IMG/VR virus record: IMGVR_UViG_3300020594_000249
Location: 1 to 28,744 of that record
Source: a virus
Taxonomy: Duplodnaviria > Caudoviricetes
Length of the DNA: 28,744 nt
Reading direction: 5' to 3' (one strand)
The notes beneath the pieces were generated by a model. It was given only the letters and a program-made list of their open reading frames with translations, did no database searches and was not told the origin of the DNA. Shown piece after piece: positions 16,843 to 26,389 of the stretch. The position numbers were made by a program, and so were the translations under genes. Each line of letters opens with the position of its first letter. Positions within the stretch are counted from its first letter, which is position 1.

Positions 16843-17207
16843 TACAGAGCCTTCCGGATGACAGTCTGATGAAGCTCATAACCAGATGCGCGCATAACCT
16901 TTTCCCAGCCCTTGCGCGAGGAAATGGCGCCAAATTCGCAGCCAATCTCGCGTCCAAATTGTTCGGCTAAAGGGATGAGGGCTGAGACGATCGTCTCGCG
17001 CTTCCCGACCGCGCATTCACCGTGGATTTCCTTCAACCCACTCGGATAGCTGCGGACACTGACGAGAATAGCACTGTCATCCTGCGCGAGCAAGATTATG
17101 TTCCCGGCCGCGATCTGCTCATCCAGCCACGACAATGGATAGAAGCGCTCATCAAGCATCTCGGCAAATCTAGGCCGGAAGCGTTCATACTCGGCCCAAT
17201 CGCTCAC
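16842..17207 (-). CDS. GNAT-like head/tail assembly protein (P22 gp14-like position)
   Basis: REIGCE...SRKGWEKV pattern; position between tail tube and ejection genes. Confidence 0.6.
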   Translation of the reverse strand: MSDWAEYERFRPRFAEMLDERFYPLSWLDEQIAAGNIILLAQDDSAILVSVRSYPSGLKEIHGECAVGKRETIVSALIPLAEQFGREIGCEFGAISSRKGWEKVMRASGYELHQTVIRKAL

Positions 17208-17410
17208 CAGAGATCATTCCACGCGCTGCCGTCCCAGACGCGCGCCTTGCTGGTTCCGGTATCAAAATAACTCTGGCCCGGAACAGGATCGTCCGGTGCC
17301 GTGGACAGCGCGGGGAACGCCTGTCGTGACAGGAGGATGTTAATGGCAGTCGCCGCCTTGCGGACCCATTCCGGCAGGTTGGTAGCGGTCGGCGGGACGA
17401 GCAACGCCAT
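17204..17410 (-). CDS. small virion protein
   Basis: 68 aa; APDDPVPGQSYFDT...VWDGSAW fibre-like motif; coupled. Confidence 0.7.
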   Translation of the reverse strand: MALLVPPTATNLPEWVRKAATAINILLSRQAFPALSTAPDDPVPGQSYFDTGTSKARVWDGSAWNDLW

Positions 17411-18807
17411 TATCTTTCGCCCTCTGTCTCATATTGCAGTTCGATCCCGGCGCAGTAGGTCCACGGCACGGACGGAATATCGTGGACCGTTCCGATATAG
17501 AGGCCGTTTGCCCTTATGGATGCGCTGCCATTGGAGCGGATCGACCCGGAGGCGACAATGCTCTGTGGGTCACCGGCACGCGCGCGCCTGTCTATCGAGA
17601 TCGTGCCCTGCGCCGCGTCGCAAATCGGACGCACGCCGCGCACACGGACGCGCCTGCCATTTGCCAGCATTTGAGGCTGGAGCGTGAACCGCGCCGGCAG
17701 ATTGTCGCCGGTCAACGTGCCGACCGTCCCATCATTGCCGATGACGAGGAACAGCGGATTGCCGCCAGCCAGAATAGGACTGTCGAGCGAGAAGGGGAGA
17801 TTATCGAGGCCGCCGGGATAGGCCGCATCGACGGCGTCGAGCGAAATGTTCGCGGTGAAGCCAGAGAACACGCCGGAATTTGCCACATCGAGCGTCGTCC
17901 AACGCGAGAGCGACCAGTTGTAGCACCAGAGGCGGCCGGGATTGCCGGGCATGGCCCAGACGACGGTCGTCGAGCGGGGATCAACCGCCGCCTGCACTTT
18001 CTCGATGTCAGAGCGGCTGTAGGACTGGAAGAACTCGCGGTCTATCTTGTCCTGACCAATGGGCACTACCGTATTTCGGTCGCACGCCTTGAAGCCCTGT
18101 TCCGAGAGGAAAAAGATCATGAGACCGGCGACAGCGACCGATCCTTTCGCCATGCAGCCCACATCACGGCTGATTTCATCGAACTGCCAGACCGTGACAT
18201 CGCCCGTATAGGTCGCGCGCTTGATCGACCGCTTTTGCAGGATGATCCCGGTCTCACCGCCGGCAAGGCCCATGATGTCCCCACCAGACGGGAACGGGAC
18301 AGCCAGGCACTGGTTCGTGCCGACAGTCCAACCTTCCGCATCGTTGTAGCCCGAGATCGTCAGGAGATTTCTGTCCGATGGATCACCAGCGAGGAACACT
18401 TGCTGCCGGACTGTCGCAACCAGATCGCTGACGGGAGGAGAGCCGTCCAGTGGCGCGGCAGTCCCTCCTGCGAGATCGAACTTGACCGGGGCATCACCGT
18501 TCACACCGATAACGAGGTCGCCGAACTGGTCGAACCGCCACGACGTTGCCGTGAGCGTGTCGAGAACGCTGGTCCATGCACCGCCAGAATAGCGATAGAG
18601 GTCCGTGTCGTTGCCGCCGAGCATCGCCGCCGTCCCATCCGACCCGACGAAGGCGCAGCCGCCCAGAATCCCGCTCAGTGACGGCGTGAGGTCTTGACAG
18701 GACTGTGCAGGACGATACCCCTCCGCGAGCGGCCAGACGTTGACCGCGCCGATCAGGCCGGCCTTCCTGTCGGGCGTCAAATCTCCATAGAGCAGAACCG
18801 TCAGCAC
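17410..18807 (-). CDS. tail tube/nozzle (packaged-DNA stabilisation, P22 gp10-like)
   Basis: 465-aa beta-rich protein with GC...SV...IFFLSEQGF motif; follows the adaptor gene. Confidence 0.75.
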   Translation of the reverse strand: MLTVLLYGDLTPDRKAGLIGAVNVWPLAEGYRPAQSCQDLTPSLSGILGGCAFVGSDGTAAMLGGNDTDLYRYSGGAWTSVLDTLTATSWRFDQFGDLVIGVNGDAPVKFDLAGGTAAPLDGSPPVSDLVATVRQQVFLAGDPSDRNLLTISGYNDAEGWTVGTNQCLAVPFPSGGDIMGLAGGETGIILQKRSIKRATYTGDVTVWQFDEISRDVGCMAKGSVAVAGLMIFFLSEQGFKACDRNTVVPIGQDKIDREFFQSYSRSDIEKVQAAVDPRSTTVVWAMPGNPGRLWCYNWSLSRWTTLDVANSGVFSGFTANISLDAVDAAYPGGLDNLPFSLDSPILAGGNPLFLVIGNDGTVGTLTGDNLPARFTLQPQMLANGRRVRVRGVRPICDAAQGTISIDRRARAGDPQSIVASGSIRSNGSASIRANGLYIGTVHDIPSVPWTYCAGIELQYETEGER

Positions 18808-19463
18808 CGGACCCCGCCACAGGGCTGGCGCATGCCGGTCGGGACCAGAGGGCCGCCGCCGAAGCGATCATTGCGGCTTTCCTGCTGGAGCTGCGCAAGG
18901 GCGGTGTTGAACCGCTGGTCTGCAAACCCAATCGCCTCGGGGTCACGGATGAAGGCGGCCGCCTCCCGAAGAACGCCCCAGACATAGACGTCCGGATGCT
19001 CCTCCAGAAGCCAGTTGATGGGGGTATCGGGAGTGAGGGGGGTGATCTTCGCGTAGTAAGTGACGCGGAATGTCGTCTCGTTTGCGGGAGGCGGCGCCAA
19101 TGTGAGAACGCGGCCCTCGATCCAGTAGGAGCGCGGCGTGCCCGCTGACCCGTCATAGATCATGGGCGCCGCGACCGGGGAAATCTCTGTCAGTGGACGA
19201 TCAGGCTCGCCCTCTATGTGCATCTTGCGCAAGCGGCGGAAGTCGGACGGCAGGGCGAAGGTCTCATCGTCGATGACCCAGAGCGTCTTGGTCTCCATGT
19301 TGACCGCCCGCAGGACGCGATTGGCCTCTGCCTCGACGATGACGATGAAGTTGGCTATATCCGCATCAAGGTCGTCACGGTCCATATAGCGCGCGACAAG
19401 GTCTTGCAGATTGGAGTAATCACCAATCGTGCCGGGCGTGACGACAGAGAGCGCAATGGCCAT
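18801..19463 (-). CDS. head-tail adaptor / tail tubular protein A-like
   Basis: YSNLQDLVARYMDRDDL...AEAEANRVLR...NWLLEEHPDVYVWGVL pattern. Confidence 0.8.
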   Translation of the reverse strand: MAIALSVVTPGTIGDYSNLQDLVARYMDRDDLDADIANFIVIVEAEANRVLRAVNMETKTLWVIDDETFALPSDFRRLRKMHIEGEPDRPLTEISPVAAPMIYDGSAGTPRSYWIEGRVLTLAPPPANETTFRVTYYAKITPLTPDTPINWLLEEHPDVYVWGVLREAAAFIRDPEAIGFADQRFNTALAQLQQESRNDRFGGGPLVPTGMRQPCGGVRC

Positions 19464-19714
19464 CAGGGGTATCCGATAAAGCCGCTCGCGGTCGTGCCAG
19501 TGCTCATGACCTTGGAGACAAGGCACTTGAGCGAATAGCCCGCCGTCACAGTCACGGTCTTGCTCTCGCCGCGTCCGTCGATGAACGTCACGTCTCCCGC
19601 CTCAGTCACGTCAAGCCAGCGCAGGGGCGGGTCATAGGTCGTGCTGTCGCTCTTGGTGACAGGGATCGCGGTGTAGGAAACGCCGCTTGAATAGGGGCTG
19701 TTGAACGCCTGCAT
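19463..19714 (-). CDS. head spike base protein (RcGTA Rcc01079-like)
   Basis: 83 aa; VTKSDST...RWLDV...GDV...AG...V.KVMSTGTTASG pattern recalled from that family. Confidence 0.7.
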   Translation of the reverse strand: MQAFNSPYSSGVSYTAIPVTKSDSTTYDPPLRWLDVTEAGDVTFIDGRGESKTVTVTAGYSLKCLVSKVMSTGTTASGFIGYP

Positions 19715-19734
19715 TGGTCAGCCTTTCGGAAAGG

Positions 19735-19760
19735 AAGGCCGGGAGCGTGACCCCCGGCCT
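19735..19760 (-). terminator. probable intrinsic terminator/attenuator after the capsid genes
   Basis: Minus strand AGGCCGGGGG-TCACGCT-CCCGGCCT hairpin followed by a pyrimidine run TCCTTTCC. Confidence 0.5.
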
Positions 19761-19766
19761 CGTTCG

Positions 19767-19934
19767 TTACGACTTCGCCCTGGCCGCTGCTCGGGGCGAC
19801 TTCGGCGCGGGATCGACTTCGGTCCAGTCGTCGGCCTTCGGAGCGTCCGTCTCGAAGACTTCGCCCGGCTTGTAGTATCGGCCCGCCACCTGTGCGGGAG
19901 CCGAAGAGACGTAGCGGACCTTGTTCTTCTCCAT
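19767..19934 (-). CDS. small hypothetical virion-associated protein (55 aa)
   Basis: MEKNKVRYVSSAPAQVAGRYYKPGEVFETDAP...; GGAGG upstream; typical position after the cement gene. Confidence 0.7.
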   Translation of the reverse strand: MEKNKVRYVSSAPAQVAGRYYKPGEVFETDAPKADDWTEVDPAPKSPRAAARAKS

Positions 19935-19945
19935 CGTTGCCTCCG

Positions 19946-20374
19946 TCAGCGGTTGTTGGTCTGGACAGCCGCCACGATGCCGGCGGTGATCTTGCCGGCC
20001 GTGAAGGCGCCAGAGCCAGCTACCGTGTAGTAGAGGCGAGCGAATTGCAGGTTCACCCCATCGGGCACGACGCGGAACGGAATGCGCGTGCCGACCTTCT
20101 TGAGGTCAGCATTCGAGATCGTCCCGAGCGTGATCGACTTGTCCGGCGTGAACGTGTCCGTGCTGTCGAGCTGGAGCGCGACAGTCAGGGTCTCGTCATC
20201 CGCCGCACTGTCGAATGCCTCAACGACCTGGACCAGAAGCGGGATATCCGTCCCCGGCCCGATATCGCGAACGACGCCACTGGCGATCGGCCCGAGATCG
20301 ATGGCGTTGGTGGACGCCGCCGATGCGGTGATAGCCTGCGCGTTGGAGAAGAGGTTGGTGCGATCAAAGATCAT
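19946..20374 (-). CDS. capsid cement/decoration protein (BPP-1 Bbp16-like)
   Basis: MIFDRTNLFSNAQAITASAASTNAIDLG...RLYYTVAG...TAGKITAGIV; AAGGAG RBS. Confidence 0.85.
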   Translation of the reverse strand: MIFDRTNLFSNAQAITASAASTNAIDLGPIASGVVRDIGPGTDIPLLVQVVEAFDSAADDETLTVALQLDSTDTFTPDKSITLGTISNADLKKVGTRIPFRVVPDGVNLQFARLYYTVAGSGAFTAGKITAGIVAAVQTNNR

Positions 20375-20385
20375 GTCATGTCTCC

Positions 20386-21408
20386 TTAGGTGGCCGGCAC
20401 AAGCGCTTCGGCGTTGATCAAGCCATCGGTCTCCCGGATGGGGAGGCCACGCCACGTCTTGATCTCCCGACCCTCGATCTCCGTCGTTTTCAGACGGATG
20501 AAGTTGTCGGACGAGCCGGCATTGGTCGCCAGTCGGTCAAGAACCTCCAGAATCGTGGTGTTCATGTAGATCACCGTGCGACCCTGCGAGATCATGCCGC
20601 CGTTCTGGATTTTGCGGTTCTTGCGACCCTGGAGCTTGTAGTAAGCGGAGGTCATCAGGCCGTAGAGATCGACGGAACCGGCAACCGCATCCGACACGTC
20701 GATGTTGCAGATGCGGGAATTGAAGCGCCAATCGCCCGTCGAGACGCCGATATGCTGGCGGAACTCTTCGACCTTTGCGAAGTAGTAGTTGCCATCATCA
20801 TCAGCCACCTGCTGCGAGCCGCGATCAATGCGATCGACGCCGGCCGCCGTGCCCTCCGGATAGAGCAGCGAGGTCTGGCGCTCGCCCCATGTGACGAACC
20901 AGATCGAGGTATTGTCGGAGCCAGCCCCGCCGCCATGGACGACATTCGGATTGGTGCGAACGTTGTAGCGCGCGCCAAGCCCTTTGAACCGCTCCGGCGT
21001 GGTGGCCGTGTCGGAATAGAAGAAGTTGGTCTGCACGTCCTGCGCGATGGATTCGAGGAACGGCTGAGCCTCGGACATGCGGACGGCGCCGGGGTTCTTC
21101 GACAGGCGAAGCAGGCGTTCATCCACCTGGCTGCGGCCCTCGACAAAGCCCGTGGTGTCCGTCACCTGCGCCGTGGTGGATTTGCTGTTGGGAATACCCT
21201 GATACAGCTTGCCCCACGTCACAGCCGGCAGGCCGGTGCGAATGGTGTTCAGGTGCTCCTTGCCCTGGTTGCACTCGACATAGACGGCGTCTTCGCCGAG
21301 CGGGTTGAGGATGTTGAGCGCTTCGATCACCGGCGTCAGATTGCCGAACTTGTTCTCGCGCTTGTAGAGATCGATCAGACTGAGATAGTCGTTTCCGATG
21401 GTTGCCAA
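20386..21408 (-). CDS. major capsid protein (BPP-1 Bbp17-like)
   Basis: IRTGLPAVTWGKLYQG, SQVDERL, FKGLGARY, TSIWFVTWG, RICNIDVS, WRGLPIRETD; TTG start with AGGAGG. Confidence 0.9.
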   Translation of the reverse strand: MATIGNDYLSLIDLYKRENKFGNLTPVIEALNILNPLGEDAVYVECNQGKEHLNTIRTGLPAVTWGKLYQGIPNSKSTTAQVTDTTGFVEGRSQVDERLLRLSKNPGAVRMSEAQPFLESIAQDVQTNFFYSDTATTPERFKGLGARYNVRTNPNVVHGGGAGSDNTSIWFVTWGERQTSLLYPEGTAAGVDRIDRGSQQVADDDGNYYFAKVEEFRQHIGVSTGDWRFNSRICNIDVSDAVAGSVDLYGLMTSAYYKLQGRKNRKIQNGGMISQGRTVIYMNTTILEVLDRLATNAGSSDNFIRLKTTEIEGREIKTWRGLPIRETDGLINAEALVPAT

Positions 21409-21420
21409 GGTGGCCTCCTA

Positions 21421-22368
21421 TCAATCGTTTGGATACAGAAGCTTCACCGGATCGTTCGTGGCCTGCTGGCCGCCGCCCGTGCCGGGACGCGCGATTTTCG
21501 GGGGGAGCTTCTTGGCTCTGGCGACGGCCGACATTTTCCGGCTCATCCACTTGTCGAACTTGTCGGCTTTCGCCTTCCATTCGGCTGCGGTCTTGAGCGC
21601 GAGAATGTCGCTGGCCGTGGCTTCCGCCATCAGCTCGACTGGATATCCGAGCGTTGAACCGATGGATTGCAGTTCAGCCTGCAATTTCGGTCCCTTGTCT
21701 GCATCGAACCAGTCCGGAAGCGCCTCCTGAAGGCGGGCCGCATCGGCCTGTCTCTCGGTAAGCGCCTGCTGCTCCTGTATCCGCTGGGCTTCCGCCGCTC
21801 TCTGCTGGGCCTCCTGCTGCAACTGCTGCTGCTGGGCTGAGGCCTGCTTGTAAGCGACATCCTGCTGCTGATAGGTCAGCGCATCTTGGGGATTGCCCGT
21901 ATAGAGCAATCGGGGATCGGGAGCCTGAGGCAGGAACATGGACGCATAGCGCTCAAGTTCTGCCGCCGAGTTCTGGTAGATCTTCGCAAGTTCGGCATGT
22001 GCCGCCTGCTTGACCCGCTGCTCGGCTTGTGCAGCTTCCCGCGCCTTGGAAAGAAGGTGTTTGTCGCGCTCAGCTTCGCGTCGAGCAATGATTTCCTGCT
22101 GCTTGCGAGGGAGAGCGTCCCAATCTGCCTTATCTTCGGCGTTCCACGATGTTGGCGGGGCGATGGGATCAATGTCTTCGCCGCCGTCATCGATTTGCTC
22201 AAGATCTTCATCAGAAGGCTCGGCTTCATCCTGATTATCATAGAACGATTCCGGGTCCAAGACCTCATTCTCGTTCTCTTTCTGGGTCTCAGGCGCCTGC
22301 GGCTCTTCCTGAACCTGTTCTTCCTGCGCGCCCGTATCGGCGAACTGCGTGGCCATCTCTATGCTCAT
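21421..22368 (-). CDS. capsid scaffolding protein
   Basis: Acidic N-terminus, APPTSW...WDALP, Gln-rich coils, basic C-terminus; directly upstream of the capsid gene. Confidence 0.8.
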   Translation of the reverse strand: MSIEMATQFADTGAQEEQVQEEPQAPETQKENENEVLDPESFYDNQDEAEPSDEDLEQIDDGGEDIDPIAPPTSWNAEDKADWDALPRKQQEIIARREAERDKHLLSKAREAAQAEQRVKQAAHAELAKIYQNSAAELERYASMFLPQAPDPRLLYTGNPQDALTYQQQDVAYKQASAQQQQLQQEAQQRAAEAQRIQEQQALTERQADAARLQEALPDWFDADKGPKLQAELQSIGSTLGYPVELMAEATASDILALKTAAEWKAKADKFDKWMSRKMSAVARAKKLPPKIARPGTGGGQQATNDPVKLLYPND

Positions 22369-22481
22369 CGTTGCGGTGCCACATTTTGACCGCTGCCCGT
22401 CGCATTGGTTTTGACCGTGCGATTATTGCTACTTGGGCCGACCCCGTTCGCTCACGCCGTGCTCGCGACTAGCTGATTTCT

Positions 22482-22640
22482 TCAGGCAGGGGCGCGTCTC
22501 CTCGTCGTCCGCTTGATCCTGATTGTCTGCCAGCGCTGCGCCTGCTGCTCGGGCGTCTCTCGCTCGGGCTGATCGAAGGCGTTGAGACGCTGCGCCTCCA
22601 TGAGGCGGTCATAGGCCTGTTGGGCTGCATCCTGTCTCAT
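22482..22640 (-). CDS. small hypothetical protein
   Basis: 52 aa from ATG 22640 with ATGA overlap. Confidence 0.5.
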   Translation of the reverse strand: MRQDAAQQAYDRLMEAQRLNAFDQPERETPEQQAQRWQTIRIKRTTRRRAPA

Positions 22641-22948
22641 CGCACACCCCCCATCAGCGCCCACTTGCGCTTCTCGGCCGGCATGTCCGCGATCACATCA
22701 GCCCGGCGCTTCTTCTCCTGCGCCAGTTCACCGCTACGCACGATCGCGGTGATCTGCCCCTGAACCTCGCGCGCGATCTTCGTCGCCATGGCAAGCTTGC
22801 TGATCTTGCCCGCCTCCCATGGCTCGGCGGCGCTGATGTCCACGATCTTGCCGAGATAGTCGGCAATGACGAGTTCGAAGGCTGGGCCAAGCAGCTTCAT
22901 GGCGCGTTCGGCTTCGAGGCCGCGTGCGATGGATTCTTCGTCAGTCAT
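22637..22948 (-). CDS. hypothetical protein of the portal-scaffold interval
   Basis: 103 aa helical protein MTDEESIARG...; overlapping chain. Confidence 0.7.
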   Translation of the reverse strand: MTDEESIARGLEAERAMKLLGPAFELVIADYLGKIVDISAAEPWEAGKISKLAMATKIAREVQGQITAIVRSGELAQEKKRRADVIADMPAEKRKWALMGGVR

Positions 22949-23138
22949 TGGCGTTCCAATCGTGAAATCCAATAGGGTTCGGGGCACGCATCACAGGCGA
23001 CCCATCGGCCCAGACAAGGCCGGTATCGACCGCCTCATGTTCGCTTACGGTCAAGCACGGCGCGTTCGATGGATCAGGGGAGAAGGTCTCATCCTCGATC
23101 CAGCCAGAAGCGCGGGGCGGGCGGACATATCTAGGCAT
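22941..23138 (-). CDS. small hypothetical protein
   Basis: 65 aa MPRYVRPPRA...DTGLVWADGSPVMR...PIGF; overlaps the portal stop. Confidence 0.6.
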   Translation of the reverse strand: MPRYVRPPRASGWIEDETFSPDPSNAPCLTVSEHEAVDTGLVWADGSPVMRAPNPIGFHDWNAND

Positions 23139-25125
23139 CGAGCCGTCCCCCCGGTCGCTTCTTCGACACAGCCCGCTCATCCAGATCGGCCTTGTGCGCC
23201 GCCTGCTCACGCTGGAGCACCATTTGCTCGCGGGCCATCTGCATCTCGAAATCCTGCTGGCGAAGGGCAAGGTCAGCCTCTGCCGCTGCCTTCTCGCGCT
23301 CCAGTTGGAGTTTGGCCGCCGCTTCCTCACGCATAAGCTGAAGCTTGAGTGCCGCTTCCTCGCGCTGGAGATCGAGCTTGACCGCTGCCTCCTGCTTGTC
23401 CGCCTCAAGCTTCTCAGCCTGGAGCATGGCCTTGGCCTGCGCCTCCGCCATCTTCGGGTCTTGCTGCTCAGGGGCCGGGTTCTGTTCGGGGTCGGTCACA
23501 AGCTCGTGGACCGATCCAAGGCCCATGTCCATCATGAGACCTCGCAGCATCGCATAGACGTTCTGATCGCTCACCGTGCGCGAGCCGCCCTGCGCCGCCC
23601 CCTGCATGATCTGGAGCGCCGCGATACGCGCCTGCACCCGCTGATCCTTGCGGTTTGTGCCCAGACCAGCGCGGACGATCACACGCACATCGTCAGGCCA
23701 GCGAGAGGGGTCAACGATCTTGAGCACGCCATCAACCATCGTCGTGAACGACTGGCCGTAATCGCGCATGAGCCGGTATTTCTTGCGGAACAGCCGGCCA
23801 AGGAACTCCGCGAAATGGCGAGCGATATACTCCTCCATTTGCTGGCCGGCCGCCTGCATCATGGCCGTCCCGGTCGCCGTCTTATTGAGGGCATCAGCAT
23901 CCAGCCCCTGGTTCATGCGCGTGATGCCCGTCCGGCTCTCGCGCTCCCCCGACATGAACTCCAGCGCCTGGAACGAGCTGTCCGCAACGAAAGGTGTGGT
24001 AAGGGGCGAAGGCGGCTGCGCACCCATATATCGCACCAGTGCGCCGGGCTGGACCGTCAGCAGGTCATCGACCGTGCTATCACCCATGCTGCTCTCCGGG
24101 ACAAGCATGCGCGGGACATTGGACAGGTACAGGTTGTCGAGCGACTGGCGCAGCAGGACTGAGCGCACAAGCTGAATGTCCATGCACTTGTCGGCGAGGC
24201 TCTGACCGACCCGCCTGTGCTGCATCGGGAACGGGCACCATTCCTCGATCAGACTGTATTCGACCTGTTCGACGCTGAATATCTGGCGGCCCGAACGCTG
24301 GACGCGCAGGAACTCTGCGATGCCGTCGCCGTCGAGGTCATAGTAGCAATATTCCTCCAGCAGCCACGCGAACCGATTGGGGCCATCACGGAAGCTCTCG
24401 CCTTTGTTCGCATCGCGCACATCGGCAAGGCCTGACCCGCCGTTCTGGCTGTCGAAGCCAAGAAGCGTTTCGTCGACGACTTCACCGAACATCTCACGGA
24501 GCTGCGACACGGTCTTGCGGACCTTGTGCGCGTGATAACCGTCCTCCAGAAAGCGACTGTCCTTCGCGACCAGCAATTCCTCGTTCGGAATCGGGGTATC
24601 GGGAAACTCTACCGCATTCTCGACATAGGAGACGCGCCAGATCGCAGGCTGGATCGTCTCGCCCGTTTCGTCGATCGTCGCCGGCTGCAATTCCTCCGCT
24701 GCGTCGATCTGGACTGTATCCTGCATCTGGGCAAGCTGGAACTCATCAACCTCGACCGTCTGTCGCGTGGGCTTCGTTTCGACGAACGTCTTTGCCGCGC
24801 CCGTCTTTTCCAGCAGGCCGGACTTCAGCGTGTCGTGGAGAACGCGATAGCCGTCCTGCGCATTGAGGAAATACTGGCCGACTGCCTCGTTCGCCTCCTC
24901 AACGGCCTCTCGATCGTCATCGGCCATGGCCTGAAACTCGACGACACGATCGCCGCTGACCATCGTGCGCAGGACGCTGGCGAGCATGTAGTCGATGACC
25001 TCGGCCACGTCGCGGGTCACAACCTGGCTGCGACCCTGCTCCTCATTTCCGAACGGCTCGCCATTGTAGAACTGAAGCGCGACCTCCCGCTGACTGTTCA
25101 CCTCATCGTTCTTCGCGTCGTTCGC
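23131..25125 (-). pseudogene. portal protein (P22-like with C-terminal barrel), 5'-truncated
   Basis: REVALQFYNGEPFGNE, GRSQVVTRDVAEVID, ERESRTG, LNKTATG, long C-terminal coiled coil; upstream of about 25125 the frame is merely antisense RecT, with no start/RBS at the join. Confidence 0.8.
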
Positions 25126-25965
25126 CGGTCGCTGTTTGCTGCCGTGGTGCGGGCGGCACAAGACGGCCTTCTCCCCGATGGCCGGGAAGGCGCGCTCGTC
25201 ATCTTCAACGGCAAGAGCGGCAAGCAGGTGCAGTGGATGCCGATGATCGCGGGCGTCCTTAAAAAGATCAGGCAGTCGGGCGAGATTTCGAGCGTCGACG
25301 TGCATGTCGTCCATGAGCACGACAAGTTCACGTATCGGCCCGGCATCGACTCGGTTCCTATCTTTGCGCCTGAATGGTTCTCGGATCGTGGCAAGCCAAT
25401 CGGCGCCTACGCCATCGCCACGCTCAAGAGCGGTGAGGTCGTCCCGCCCGAGATCATGAACGTGGCCCAGATCGAGCAGGTGCGGAAGGTATCGCGCGCA
25501 TCCGGCAATGGCCCATGGGTTTCGTGGTGGTCGGAAATGGCTCGCAAGACGGTCATGCGCCGCTTCGCCAAGCGCTTGCCGAGTTCCACGGATATTGAAG
25601 CCGAGTTCGATCGTGACGAGACGATGGTGGTCAATTCCGCCGCTCTCGCCATGGCTGCCGAGCCTCATGATGACGAAATGTTGCCGGCGGCGTCAAAGCT
25701 TGACCTGATCGAACAGCAGATCGCGGACCAGGCCGCCGATCCAGAAACCGGCGAGATCATTGAGAAGGAGCAGGAAGGCAAGCCTGCTGACCAGACCGGC
25801 GAGGCTGTCACGCTCGCCAGCGCCAAAGCTGAGATCGACGCGGCGGAGATCGTCGCGGATGTGAATAACCGCGTGTCTGCGCTGCTCCCGCTGCTTGGCG
25901 AGGAGGAAGCTGATGCTCTGCGCGAATACGCGATGGAGCGGATCGAGGGGTTGAAGGCGGCGTGA
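25122..25965 (+). pseudogene. recT: RecT-family single-strand annealing protein, 5'-truncated
   Basis: RRSLFAAVVRAAQDGLLPDGREGALV, QWMPMIAG, GPWVSWWSEMARKTVMRRFAKRLP; upstream of about 25122 the frame is antisense portal. Confidence 0.85.
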
Positions 25966-26366
25966 TGGTCACGTGCAATCATCCGAAATCAGCGAAGGCG
26001 AAGCGCTGCCGGTCCTGCAATTGCAAGGCGCAGTGGGCCGACCCCCATTTCCGCGCGCGCAAGGCTCGGTCGAATGCGGCGACGTTGGCAAAACTGCGGC
26101 AAGACCCTGCTTTCGTCGAGCGTGAGAAGGCGCGGCAGGCGGAAGGGCTTCGCAAGATGATCGCGAGCCGACGCCAGCAGGAGCCAGATGTTATCGCGCG
26201 CCGTGTCGCCACGTTTCGCTCACGCAAGCTGGGCTGGTGCCCACCACATCTGCGCGATGAATACATCCACATCATGAAGAACAAGCACCTCTCGGCTGAA
26301 CGGGCGCGCGAAATCATCCTCGCGCAATGGGATGCTGAGCTTTCCCGCCGCCAACGTGCCGCATGA
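25962..26366 (+). CDS. basic hypothetical protein with N-terminal Cys cluster
   Basis: CNH...CRSCNC, Arg/Lys-rich; coupled to the recT stop. Confidence 0.7.
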   Translation: MMVTCNHPKSAKAKRCRSCNCKAQWADPHFRARKARSNAATLAKLRQDPAFVEREKARQAEGLRKMIASRRQQEPDVIARRVATFRSRKLGWCPPHLRDEYIHIMKNKHLSAERAREIILAQWDAELSRRQRAA

Positions 26367-26389
26367 TTACTCCCACGAAAGGACCATCC

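Noticed and set aside
17434-18681. 415-aa plus-strand ORF and similar long antisense ORFs (20752-21657, 23194-24162, 13912-14688)
   Set aside because: Typical reverse-frame shadows of high-GC coding sequence with implausible composition
23131-25965. 845-aa (-) and 479-aa (+) ORFs as genuine long antisense-overlapping genes
   Set aside because: Each extension is simply the stop-free reverse frame of the other gene; family resemblance ends at the junction near 25122
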